64,000 nt of DNA from assembly GCA_934216505.1 (NCBI GenBank), contig CAKQBW010000001.1:20553-84552 (forward strand), written 5' to 3'. The notes below the pieces were generated by a model. That model searched no databases and was not told the DNA's origin. It was given only the letters and a program-made list of their open reading frames with translations. Shown here piece after piece: positions 9,411 through 18,197 of the stretch (the first letter of the stretch is position 1; every line of letters begins with the position of its first letter). This stretch comes from an uncultured Alphaproteobacteria bacterium (GTDB lineage: Bacteria; Pseudomonadota; Alphaproteobacteria; CAAHEQ01; UBA3637). The translations under genes were made by a program, and so were the position numbers.

Positions 9411-10130
9411 ATGACAGATCCAATTTTTCAAGCCCCTGATATTCCAACGCAAGGCGTAAATGAAGAAAAAACGCCCGAAAGGGAAGCGCAAATGGCTCCA
9501 CAATCGGTGCAACAAAAGCTTGGGTCTTCACAACCTCAAAATGTGCAAGTACAGGCGAGTCCAACACCGCAGGAACCCACTGAGCCTGTATCCCCTGTGT
9601 CGCCTCAAATCCAACCCACTCCGATTCCTCAGCCCGCTCAACCTGAGCCGACTCCTGTAAATCAAGAGGAACAAACAACGGAAACTCAATCGCAAAATCA
9701 AATCAACAATCTAAAGGCAAAATTGGCGGGGTTAGATCTTCAACAGGTGCGTGGAAAGATTCAAACTTATCTGTGGTATGTGTTGGGGGGCTGTTTCCTT
9801 TTGGGACTGATGTTTGGTTGTTCTATGGGGGGAGGCAGTTCTCAACCCGTTCAACAAAAAGTATCAGGTATGGAACGGTTTATTGTTCGCAACAGTGATA
9901 TTCCCCCCAAAGTAAGACGCTGTGGGGTAGTCAATATCTCAACGGAAGCCTGTCGTTATTATGTTTTAAATTCAAATACTTATGACAGGAAAGCGGAGGA
10001 TTTCTTTAAGTTAGTTCAAGATCAGGTAAAAAAGGATGAATATTATATTCGTCAGGTGAATCCTATTTATGCGCAACAACCGATTCACCCAGGGTATTTT
10101 GCCGAAATTTTAGTCCCCGCAACGAAATAG
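9411..10130 (+). CDS. Pro/Gln-rich bitopic membrane protein (N-in, single TM, ~100-aa periplasmic C-domain); possible secretin partner
   Basis: ATG lies 2 nt after the secretin stop. N-terminal 110 aa are P/Q/T-rich. TM segment is IQTYLWYVLGGCFLLGLMFGCSM. A Gly/Ser linker precedes a C-terminal globular part. Confidence 0.5.
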   Translation: MTDPIFQAPDIPTQGVNEEKTPEREAQMAPQSVQQKLGSSQPQNVQVQASPTPQEPTEPVSPVSPQIQPTPIPQPAQPEPTPVNQEEQTTETQSQNQINNLKAKLAGLDLQQVRGKIQTYLWYVLGGCFLLGLMFGCSMGGGSSQPVQQKVSGMERFIVRNSDIPPKVRRCGVVNISTEACRYYVLNSNTYDRKAEDFFKLVQDQVKKDEYYIRQVNPIYAQQPIHPGYFAEILVPATK

Positions 10131-10136
10131 TAGTTC

Positions 10137-10165
10137 TTGAAATAAAATCAATAATGTGATATAAT
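10137..10165 (+). promoter_or_regulatory. sigma70-type promoter (TTGAAA-17-TGaTATAAT) upstream of gltX
   Basis: Hexamers read directly; extended -10 TG present. Confidence 0.6.
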
Positions 10166-10195
10166 CCCCTTTTATAAAAAGAAAGGATACAAATA

Positions 10196-11842
10196 ATGAC
10201 ACCCGAAATTTTGAATTTATTATTTCCTGATAGGCTTCCTTCAATAAAGGAAATTGAAAAACTTTATCCCAAGCGGCATTTGCCCGAAGGGGCGATTGTT
10301 TCTCGATTAGCACCCAGTCCAACGGGGTATTTGCATATCGGTAATTTTTACCAAGGTTTTTTGGCGGAACGCTTGGCGCATACCCATGGGGGCGTTTTCT
10401 TTTTACGGGTAGAAGATACAGATCAGGCCCGTAAAGTGGAGGGGGCTGTGGAGGTTGTTTTAAACGCCCTTTCACATTATGGAATTAATCCCGATGAAGG
10501 GCCTCAAATTTCGGGGAAAGAGGTTGGAAAGTATGGGCCTTATACGCAATCAAAGCGTAGGGATATTTATCAAGCCTATGCCAAGGAATGGGTGAAAAAA
10601 GGATTGGCTTATCCGTGTTTTTGTGCGGCTTCAGACATTGAAATGATGCGTAAAATTCAAGAAAAGCAAGGCTTGCGCCCAGGCTATTATGGCCGATATG
10701 CTAAATGTCGTGAATTAACTGATCAAGAAATTTTGGATAATTTAAAAGCGGGTAAGCCTTTTGTCATCAGAATGCGCTCACCGGGGAATTATGAAAATCG
10801 CATTGTTGTTGATGATTTATTAAAGGGAAAGTTGTCTATGCCTGAGTATGATATGGATATCGTGATTTTAAAGGGAGATGGATTGCCCACTTATCACTTT
10901 GCCCACTTAATTGACGATCATTTGATGGGGACAACAAATGTGGTGCGTGGGGAAGAATGGTTATCTTCTTTGCCTTTGCATTTACAAATGTTTCAAATGA
11001 TGGGATGGCAACCACCGAAGTATGCGCACCACGCTCTTTTGCAAAAAATGGACGAACGGGGAAAACGGCGCAAAATTTCCAAGCGTTTGGATCCTGAAGC
11101 GAATATAGAATATTTTGCGCAAAATGGGTATCCTCAAGATGCGGTGTTGGAATATCTGTTGAACTTGATGAATGCCAGTTTTGAAGAATGGCGTAAAGCT
11201 AATCCGACAACACCCGTTTTAGATTTTCCTTTAAATTTCAATAAGATATCCAATACAGCGGGGGCTTTATTTGATTTTGTGAAATTGCACAGTATCTGTC
11301 GGGAAGTGATTGCCCGTATGACGGCGGAGGAAGTTTATAAATATACTCTTGAATGGGCGCAAAAGTTTAACCCTGCCTTTGCCAAAAAAATGGAATCAAA
11401 ATCAGAAATGCTCAAGGCTATTTTGAATATTGAACGGGGGATAGGGAATAAATCCCGCAAGGATTTAACGAAGTGGTCTGATGTGGAAAAAGAAAGCGAG
11501 TATTTCTTTAATGCACCTGAAACGATAGATTGTACTTTGTGGGCGCCTTTGATTGAATCAGATGTTCAAAAAATTGCCAAAGATTATGCGGCTATTTACA
11601 ATGATCAAGATGATAAGGAAACTTGGTTTAATAAGGTCAAGCAAGTAGCCAGTCAGAATGGTTTTGCGGCCAATATGAAAGATTATAAAGCACACCCTAG
11701 TGATTACAAAGGCTCTGTGGCTGATGTGGCAAAAGTTTTGCGAATTTTAATAACAGGGCGTGTTCAATCACCTGATTTATACCAAATTATGGCAATTTTG
11801 GGGAAAAAGGAAGTGTTGAATCGTTTGGGAAAAGTTCAATAA
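10196..11842 (+). CDS. gltX: glutamyl-tRNA synthetase (548 aa, with C-terminal extension)
   Basis: PSPTGYLHIGN (HIGH motif), KISKR (KMSKS motif), and PCFCAAS zinc-binding motif typical of GluRS. Preceded by a TTGAAA-17-TGaTATAAT promoter (10137-10165). Confidence 0.85.
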   Translation: MTPEILNLLFPDRLPSIKEIEKLYPKRHLPEGAIVSRLAPSPTGYLHIGNFYQGFLAERLAHTHGGVFFLRVEDTDQARKVEGAVEVVLNALSHYGINPDEGPQISGKEVGKYGPYTQSKRRDIYQAYAKEWVKKGLAYPCFCAASDIEMMRKIQEKQGLRPGYYGRYAKCRELTDQEILDNLKAGKPFVIRMRSPGNYENRIVVDDLLKGKLSMPEYDMDIVILKGDGLPTYHFAHLIDDHLMGTTNVVRGEEWLSSLPLHLQMFQMMGWQPPKYAHHALLQKMDERGKRRKISKRLDPEANIEYFAQNGYPQDAVLEYLLNLMNASFEEWRKANPTTPVLDFPLNFNKISNTAGALFDFVKLHSICREVIARMTAEEVYKYTLEWAQKFNPAFAKKMESKSEMLKAILNIERGIGNKSRKDLTKWSDVEKESEYFFNAPETIDCTLWAPLIESDVQKIAKDYAAIYNDQDDKETWFNKVKQVASQNGFAANMKDYKAHPSDYKGSVADVAKVLRILITGRVQSPDLYQIMAILGKKEVLNRLGKVQ

Positions 11843-12036
11843 TGCAAGACGAAATTGTTTCTTTACAAATGCGTTTGATGGAACAGGATCGTCAGATAGA
11901 GGATTTGTCCAAAGAGGTGATTCGTGTGTCAAAGTTAGTTGAAAAATTAGCGAAAGAGTGGCAGAATTTGCGTGAGTCAAGGGCTGAAAATTTGGTCAAA
12001 CCACTCAGCGAAGAAACGCCACCCCCTCATTATTAA
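11842..12036 (+). CDS. slyX: SlyX-family protein
   Basis: 64-aa coiled-coil ending ...ETPPPHY, the characteristic SlyX C-terminus. Start overlaps the gltX stop. Confidence 0.7.
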   Translation: MQDEIVSLQMRLMEQDRQIEDLSKEVIRVSKLVEKLAKEWQNLRESRAENLVKPLSEETPPPHY

Positions 12037-12044
12037 ATTTTTTC

Positions 12045-12073
12045 TTGACTTTCGTATAGGGCTTTGTTATAAA
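12045..12073 (+). promoter_or_regulatory. sigma70-type promoter (TTGACT-17-TATAAA) upstream of the TAA gene
   Basis: Hexamers read directly with 17-nt spacer. Confidence 0.55.
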
Positions 12074-12107
12074 AGGGATATGGGGTTTTTATTGAAAGGG
12101 AAAAAAG

Positions 12108-13559
12108 ATGAAAATATCTAAAACCGTTTTAAGGATTTTGCTCAATCAATACAATGCTGTGCTGTTGGCTGGATTGTTGGGAACAGTGTTTTCCATACAG
12201 GCGAGGGCAAGTGTTCAAATAACGGGGACTTATGATAATACCACTGAACAAGAAAATGTATCGGTTTCCAGTCCAACCCTTTCGGCCACAACGAAAGCCG
12301 CAGGCGGCGGAAGTGCCAGCGAAAGTTTTACCGCTGATTTGGTAACAACAGATGATTTAGTTACCGCAACCGTTGGAACAGCGGATACTTTGACAGGGCT
12401 GACCGCAACTGTTGAGGAACTCAATTATGTTGATGGGGTTACCAGCAACATTCAAAATCAACTGGATGCGAAACAAGAAACCTTAAATGCTTCCACAGAC
12501 ATCACAGTTGGCAAGATAACGGCCAATGGTGAAATTACGGGAGCGTCCTTATCTGTGGCGGGTGGGGCGATTTCTGGGGGAGCCATTTCTGGGAGTTCCT
12601 TGACGGTGGGTTCATCAAGTGCCATTTCTTCTGTTGATGATGGGGCTAGTGCCTTAACCTCAGGAAATGAGACAACTTTGGCAACAACGGGAACTGTTTT
12701 GAAGTCTGCCGAAAATGCGGCTTATTCAGGGACAACGATTACAGGTGGAACTGCTTCCACTTTGTCTGAGGCCTTAAGTGAAGTGGCCGATCAAGTAAAT
12801 ACAAACACGACCAAAAATACGACCCAAGATACAGGATTAAGTAATTTGGCGGGTAAATTGGGCGTGAGTTATGAGCCCAGTACAGGGGCTGTTGGGGTGA
12901 CGGATTACACTTCCAACAATGTTGTTTCGGACGGCGAAAATGTGGTAGAGGCTATTGGTAAAATTGACACGAAAGTCGGGACAATAACAGGAACGACGAA
13001 TAATATCACAGCGTCTGACACCTTGTCCAAAAACCTCACTGATTTAGATGCCGCCATCGGGGATCGTACCAATTTAGCCAGCAGTAATGCAACCATCAAT
13101 GCGGCGACGACGACTTCGGTTGTTTCTGGACTTCAGGCGACAGGTAATGCTATTGGAGACATGGATTTGACGGGGACAAGGTATATTCTTTCTGCGTCTG
13201 ATTTAACTTCAGCTTCTCGGTTGTTGGATACCAATTTGAATCGTGTAGAGGCTCGTGTGGATAGTTTGGATAAAAAGTATGATGCCCGAATGAATAGTTT
13301 GGATAATAAAATTGACAAAATGGACGATCGGATGAATTCCGGTTTTGCTTCCTTGGCGGCTATGTCAGGATTACAACCCAATGCACGGGCCTGTAATGAC
13401 ACCCAACTTTCCTTGGGGGCTGGGACCTATCGGGGCAAAGTGGGGTATGCGCTGGGGGCTTTCCATTATTTTAATGATAATGTCATGATGAATGTGGGGG
13501 CGTCTTATGCGGGAAATAACAGTACCACTTTCCGTGGGGGAGTTACTTTTGGTTGGTAA
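12108..13559 (+). CDS. trimeric autotransporter adhesin (YadA-like anchor), 483 aa
   Basis: Extended signal peptide. Thr/Ser/Gly-rich passenger. Coiled-coil neck LNRVEARVDSLDKKYDARMNSLDNKIDKMDDRMNSGFASLAAMSGL. C-terminal beta-barrel anchor ends ...GASYAGNNSTTFRGGVTFGW. Confidence 0.75.
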   Translation: MKISKTVLRILLNQYNAVLLAGLLGTVFSIQARASVQITGTYDNTTEQENVSVSSPTLSATTKAAGGGSASESFTADLVTTDDLVTATVGTADTLTGLTATVEELNYVDGVTSNIQNQLDAKQETLNASTDITVGKITANGEITGASLSVAGGAISGGAISGSSLTVGSSSAISSVDDGASALTSGNETTLATTGTVLKSAENAAYSGTTITGGTASTLSEALSEVADQVNTNTTKNTTQDTGLSNLAGKLGVSYEPSTGAVGVTDYTSNNVVSDGENVVEAIGKIDTKVGTITGTTNNITASDTLSKNLTDLDAAIGDRTNLASSNATINAATTTSVVSGLQATGNAIGDMDLTGTRYILSASDLTSASRLLDTNLNRVEARVDSLDKKYDARMNSLDNKIDKMDDRMNSGFASLAAMSGLQPNARACNDTQLSLGAGTYRGKVGYALGAFHYFNDNVMMNVGASYAGNNSTTFRGGVTFGW

Positions 13560-13581
13560 GTTGTCCTTGAATAAAAAAGAG

Positions 13582-13608
13582 GCGGAACGGGTATGTTCCG
13601 CTTTTTTT
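13582..13608 (+). terminator. rho-independent terminator after the TAA gene
   Basis: GCGGAAC-gggtat-GTTCCGC followed by TTTTTTT. Confidence 0.7.
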
Positions 13609-13658
13609 ATCTTGATTTTTGGGACAAAATATGCCTTTATAAAATAAAGGAGTCAAAA

Positions 13659-14960
13659 ATGCGCATTTTTCAATTTGTTCTTTTTATGTTGTTTTCTATG
13701 TTTTATGGAACAAGTTATGCTCTGTTAAAAATAGATGTGAGTGGGGCAAAAAATAGTCCTGTGCCTTTGGCATTGCCCGTACCGTCCAGCCAAGACCAAC
13801 TGAAAGACCTATCCAACAAGATGATACAGGTAATTCGTGATGATTTGGAAAATTCTGGGCTTTTTCGTGTGATAGAGCCTGAAGCCTATTTACAGGAGTT
13901 TAAAGAGATTCAAGATGAGCCTCGTTTTTCGGATTGGCAGGTGTTGAATGCGCAGGTTTTATTGCAATCTCAAGTGGAACAAGACCCTTTGACCCAAGAA
14001 CTCAAAGTTTCTTTTCGGTTGTGGGATATTTTTTCCAATACCCAAATGGCGGCCAAAAAGATTACAGCGAAACCTGATTCTTGGCGCAAGTTGGCCCATA
14101 TTGTGGCGGACAGTATTTATGAACGTTTGACGGGGGATAAGGGGTATTTTGATTCAAAAATCGTTTTTGTTTCAGAAACAGGAAAGGGAAAACATCGTCA
14201 AAAAAGATTGGCTGTGATGGATCAAGATGGGGCAAATCTTCAATTTTTGACCTCTGCCGATAAAATGGTTATGACGCCTCGTTTTTCCCCGAATATGCGT
14301 CAAATTGCTTATCTTTCTTATCAAGATGGAGAACCTAAAGTTTATTTAATGGATTTAAAAACAAAAACCTCTGAATTAGTGGGTAATTTTTCGGGGATGT
14401 CTTTTGCGCCCCGCTTTTCTCCCGATGGTAAGGATCTGATTATGTCTTTTTCACAACGGGGAAATTCGGAAATTTATCGTTATCGTTTGGACACAAAGGA
14501 AAAAACAAAATTGACAAACCACCCCGCTATTGATACTTCCCCCAGCTATTCCCCTGACGGTCAGCAAATTGTTTTTAATTCAGATAGAGGAGGCACACAG
14601 CAACTGTATGTCATGAATGCTGATGGGGCTAATGTACATCGTATCAGTTATGGGGAAGGGACTTATGCAACGCCTGTTTGGTCGCCTCGGGGGGATTATA
14701 TCGCCTTTACAAAAATAAAAGATGGGGTGTTCTATATTGGTTTGATGCGCCCTGATGGGACAAGAGAACGTTTAATTGCTCAAGGCTTTTTGGTGGAAGG
14801 GCCCACGTGGTCCCCCAATGGCCGGTTTATTGTATTTGGTCGGCAAGAGCGGGGAAAGAAAGCCTATATTTATTCCATTGATGTGGCGGGATATAATGAG
14901 CGGCGTTTGAAAACGCCTAACGAAGCAACGGATCCGACTTGGTCGCCTCTTTTACATTAA
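13659..14960 (+). CDS. tolB: Tol-Pal system beta-propeller protein TolB
   Basis: Signal peptide MRIFQFVLFMLFSMFYGTSYA, TolB N-domain, and repeated PxFSPDG / PxWSPxG beta-propeller blades. The ORF-track start 13593 overlaps an upstream terminator; the ATG at 13659 has an AAGGAG RBS. Confidence 0.85.
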   Translation: MRIFQFVLFMLFSMFYGTSYALLKIDVSGAKNSPVPLALPVPSSQDQLKDLSNKMIQVIRDDLENSGLFRVIEPEAYLQEFKEIQDEPRFSDWQVLNAQVLLQSQVEQDPLTQELKVSFRLWDIFSNTQMAAKKITAKPDSWRKLAHIVADSIYERLTGDKGYFDSKIVFVSETGKGKHRQKRLAVMDQDGANLQFLTSADKMVMTPRFSPNMRQIAYLSYQDGEPKVYLMDLKTKTSELVGNFSGMSFAPRFSPDGKDLIMSFSQRGNSEIYRYRLDTKEKTKLTNHPAIDTSPSYSPDGQQIVFNSDRGGTQQLYVMNADGANVHRISYGEGTYATPVWSPRGDYIAFTKIKDGVFYIGLMRPDGTRERLIAQGFLVEGPTWSPNGRFIVFGRQERGKKAYIYSIDVAGYNERRLKTPNEATDPTWSPLLH

Positions 14961-14968
14961 AAAAAGAA

Positions 14969-14997
14969 TTGACTTTTGTTTTTGGATTTGGTATAAT
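14969..14997 (+). promoter_or_regulatory. sigma70-type promoter (TTGACT-17-TATAAT) of the rpsB-tsf-frr-uppS operon
   Basis: Hexamers read directly; a ~150-nt leader follows. Confidence 0.65.
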
Positions 14998-15151
14998 GCC
15001 TCCATTCATTCCATGGTGGGATGAATAATTCGCATGCGGGAATATCCCCCGATTTGTGTTGAATCGGTTGAAAGGATTTCCAGTGTTATCAAAGGCTTGG
15101 TAATGCTACTTCTCGCAGAGGTTTAACTGGAAAGAAGAAAGGAATTTGAAA

Positions 15152-15898
15152 ATGTCTCTTCCAACAATTACAATGCGTCAGCTGATTGAAGCTGGTGTTC
15201 ATTTTGGTCATAATGCTCGTCGCTGGAACCCAAAGATGGCTCCCTTTATTTACGGTATTCGTGATGGGGTTCATATTATGGATTTGGGGCAAACAGTGCC
15301 TAATTTATATCGTGCTATGGAAGCGGTCCGTGATGTGGCTGCAAAAGGGGGCAAGATTTTGTTTGTCGCCACAAAGGCTCAGGCACAACAAGTGGTAGCT
15401 GATGCTGCGGCTCGTTGCGGTCAATTTTATGTAAATAAGCGTTGGTTGGGGGGGATGCTCACAAACTGGAAGACAATTTCTGCCAGCATTAAACGTTTAA
15501 AGGAAATTGATGCTCGTATGGAAAAAGATGGTTTTTCTGGTTTGACAAAAAAGGAAAAATTAAACATTGAACGTGAACGGGAAAAATTGAATGCTTCTTT
15601 GGGGGGAATTCGTGATATGAATGGCCGTCCTGATTTGGTTTTCATCATTGATGTGGTGAAGGAAGATTTGGCCGTTGCTGAAGCGAAAAAATTGGGAATC
15701 CCCGTGATTGCTATTTGCGATTCTAATGCGAATCCAGATGGTATTACTTACCCGATTCCAGGCAATGACGATGCCTCTAAAGCCATTCAACTTTACTGTG
15801 ATTTAATTAGTGGGGCTGTTTTGGACGGTATCCAAGCCGAATTAAAAGCCGCCGGCGTTGATGTGGGTGCTGCGGTTGAAACACCTGTAGAAGCTTAA
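15152..15898 (+). CDS. rpsB: 30S ribosomal protein S2
   Basis: [29 protein letters not shown] is the S2 N-terminal signature. Preceded by a TTGACT-17-TATAAT promoter and a ~150-nt leader. Confidence 0.93.
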   Translation: MSLPTITMRQLIEAGVHFGHNARRWNPKMAPFIYGIRDGVHIMDLGQTVPNLYRAMEAVRDVAAKGGKILFVATKAQAQQVVADAAARCGQFYVNKRWLGGMLTNWKTISASIKRLKEIDARMEKDGFSGLTKKEKLNIEREREKLNASLGGIRDMNGRPDLVFIIDVVKEDLAVAEAKKLGIPVIAICDSNANPDGITYPIPGNDDASKAIQLYCDLISGAVLDGIQAELKAAGVDVGAAVETPVEA

Positions 15899-15915
15899 TA
15901 ACAAGGGGGATTAAG

Positions 15916-16794
15916 ATGGAAATTAATGCAAAATTAGTTGGCCAATTGCGTGAAAAAACAGGCGTTGGTATGATGGAATGCAAAAAGGCTTTGGTGGCCT
16001 GTGAGGGCGATTTGGAGAAAGCCATTGACTTTTTGCGTAAGAAAGGCGTTTCTGTGGCCGAAAAGAAAGCAGGGCGTGTGGCGAATCAAGGATTGGTTGG
16101 TTTGGCTGTTAAAGGAAACAAAGGGGCTGTTGTGGAACTTAATTCCGAAACAGACTTTGTGGCCAAAAATGCGGATTTCCAAGCCTTTTTAAAGCAAGTG
16201 GTTGAATTGGCTTTGGAAAATGGGAAAGATTTGGAAACTTTAAAAGCGGCCACCTTGAATGGGAAGTCTGTCCAAGATAATTTGGTGGATTTGATTGCCA
16301 AAATTGGTGAAAATATGAGCCTGCGCCGTGTGGCGGTTGTCCAAGGGGAAACAGTTGTTTCTTATATGCATACAGCGGTAGCCGATGGTTTAGGTAAAAT
16401 TGGCGTATTGTTGGCTTTAACGGGGGCGAATGCGGCTGAAGTGGGTAAGAAAGTTGCCATGCATATTGCGGCCAGTGCGCCTAAATTTTTGTCCATTGCT
16501 GATGTAGATGCGGATACAGCGGCTCATGAACGGGGAATCTATGCTGAACAAGCCCGTGCCAGTGGCAAACCTGAAGCAATCATTGAAAAGATGGTGGAAG
16601 GTCGTATGCGTAAATATTATGAAGAATCTGTGTTATTGGAGCAGGCTTTTGTGATGGATCCTGATAAGAAAGTCAAAGATGTTTTGGCGGAATCAGGTTG
16701 CACAGCGACAGCCTTTGTCCGTTATAATTTGGGCGAAGGTATTGAAAAGAAGCAAGAAGATTTTGCGACTGAAGTCGCCAAACAAATGGGCTAA
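15916..16794 (+). CDS. tsf: elongation factor Ts
   Basis: MEINAKLVGQLREKTGVGMMECKKAL is the EF-Ts UBA-like N-terminus; follows rpsB. Confidence 0.93.
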   Translation: MEINAKLVGQLREKTGVGMMECKKALVACEGDLEKAIDFLRKKGVSVAEKKAGRVANQGLVGLAVKGNKGAVVELNSETDFVAKNADFQAFLKQVVELALENGKDLETLKAATLNGKSVQDNLVDLIAKIGENMSLRRVAVVQGETVVSYMHTAVADGLGKIGVLLALTGANAAEVGKKVAMHIAASAPKFLSIADVDADTAAHERGIYAEQARASGKPEAIIEKMVEGRMRKYYEESVLLEQAFVMDPDKKVKDVLAESGCTATAFVRYNLGEGIEKKQEDFATEVAKQMG

Positions 16795-16846
16795 TACAAA
16801 AGGGGTGTTGGCCTGTCTAGCACCCCCATTTTTATAAGGAGGAAAT

Positions 16847-17401
16847 ATGGATTTTAACACAATTAAATCTCAAATGCAGGTCGCTTTGGAAAAAGCCAAA
16901 GAGGCGTTGCGTCATAATTTTTCTGGGCTTCAAACGGGGCGGGCCAGTACGGCTTTGCTGGACGGTATTATGGTGGAAGCCTATGGTTCTGTTGTTCCTT
17001 TGAATCAAGTGGGAGCGGTCAGTGTGCCAGAAGCCAGAATGCTTTCTGTGACAGTTTGGGATAAATCCCAATTAAAGGCCGTTGAAAAAGCCATTGTTGA
17101 GGCGAATTTGGGATTAAATCCCATGAACGATGGGCAAATGATTCGGATTCCTATTCCCCCTTTGTCAGAAGAACGGCGTAATGAAATTATTCGTATCGCA
17201 AATCGTTTTACTGAAGAAGGGCGTGTGGCTGTCCGAAATGCTCGACGTGAAGCCAATGATACTTTGAAAACGATTAAAGCCTCTATTCCTGAGGACGATT
17301 TTAAACGTTATGAAAAAGAAATTCAAGATTTAACCGATAAAGCCATAGGGGAGATGGACGAAAAGTTAAAAGAAAAAGAAACAGAATTGAAACAGGTATA
17401 A
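16847..17401 (+). CDS. frr: ribosome recycling factor
   Basis: 184 aa; LRHNFSGLQTGRAS...MIRIPIPPLSEERR is typical of RRF. Confidence 0.92.
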   Translation: MDFNTIKSQMQVALEKAKEALRHNFSGLQTGRASTALLDGIMVEAYGSVVPLNQVGAVSVPEARMLSVTVWDKSQLKAVEKAIVEANLGLNPMNDGQMIRIPIPPLSEERRNEIIRIANRFTEEGRVAVRNARREANDTLKTIKASIPEDDFKRYEKEIQDLTDKAIGEMDEKLKEKETELKQV

Positions 17402-17402
17402 G

Positions 17403-18122
17403 ATGAATCAAGAAGAAAAAGTCCCCAATATCCCCACCCATATCGCCATCATTATGGACGGTAATGGTCGTTGGGCGACTGAAAAAGGGTTGCCCCGCAG
17501 TGCAGGGCATAAACAAGGGGCCGAAAATGTGCGTCCTATTTTGGAACACGCCAAAGCCCGAGGGGTGAAGTATATCACCTTGTTTGCTTTTTCTTCTGAA
17601 AATTGGAATCGTCCGAAGGCTGAAGTGAAATGTCTTTTAGATATATTTCGCAAGTACTTAAAGGAAGATATTAAAGATTTACTTGAACAAAAAGTGCATA
17701 TTTCTTTTATCGGTAATGAGGAAAAATTTCCTGATGATATGGTGGAAAGAATGCATGAAATTGAACGGGAAACGGAACAATTTGATGATTTCCATGTTAT
17801 TTTGGCCCTTTCTTATGGGGGGCGGGAAGACATCATTGCCTCTATCAAGAAGATTGCTTTGGAGGTGGCTGAAGGAAAATATCGGCTTTCTTCCATTGAT
17901 GAGCAAACAGTGCGTGAGGCTCTTTCTACCCGTGGCATTCCTTACCCTGATTTGGTTATTCGGACCAGTGGCGAACAACGGATTAGTAATTTTCTTTTGT
18001 GGGAAATGGCTTATGCAGAACTTTACTTTACGCCGATTTATTGGCCCGATTTTAATGAACAAGACTTGGATATTGCCATAGAAGCCTATGGGCGCAGAGA
18101 GCGGCGTTTCGGTAAGGTTTAA
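17403..18122 (+). CDS. uppS: undecaprenyl diphosphate synthase
   Basis: HIAIIMDGNGRWA and FAFSSENWNRP cis-prenyltransferase motifs. Confidence 0.9.
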   Translation: MNQEEKVPNIPTHIAIIMDGNGRWATEKGLPRSAGHKQGAENVRPILEHAKARGVKYITLFAFSSENWNRPKAEVKCLLDIFRKYLKEDIKDLLEQKVHISFIGNEEKFPDDMVERMHEIERETEQFDDFHVILALSYGGREDIIASIKKIALEVAEGKYRLSSIDEQTVREALSTRGIPYPDLVIRTSGEQRISNFLLWEMAYAELYFTPIYWPDFNEQDLDIAIEAYGRRERRFGKV

Positions 18123-18150
18123 AAAAAATCTTGACATTTATAAAAAATTG

Positions 18151-18180
18151 AATAGCCTCTACTAAATAGAGGCTATTTTA
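18151..18180 (+). terminator. hairpin terminator after uppS
   Basis: AATAGCCTCTA-ctaaa-TAGAGGCTATT followed by TTTA (weak T-run). Confidence 0.5.
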
Positions 18181-18197
18181 ACAAGAAAGGATTTAAA

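Noticed and set aside
1-10130. Filamentous-phage (inovirus) prophage: Gly-rich pIII-like protein, pIV-sized secretin, CI-like repressor
   Set aside because: No Zot/pI-type P-loop protein (no Walker A found in the two polytopic proteins), no replication initiator, and no small coat-protein ORFs. Gene sizes and order do not fit III-VI-I-IV. The Gly-rich protein ends hydrophilic rather than with a TM anchor.
13593-13658. ORF-track N-terminal extension of tolB. The same applies to rplV (25867), rpmC (27478), rpoA (34919), ruvB (44242), MoxR (40216) and birA (61064).
   Set aside because: The extensions overlap upstream genes or terminators and precede better RBS/start contexts. Conserved protein N-termini begin at the internal starts given in the features.
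18131-18136. TTGACA hexamer upstream of pilin-like gene 18198 as a promoter
   Set aside because: No acceptable -10 hexamer at 16-19-nt spacing. The sequence overlaps the uppS terminator hairpin, so the pilin-like gene may be read through or use a non-sigma70 promoter.
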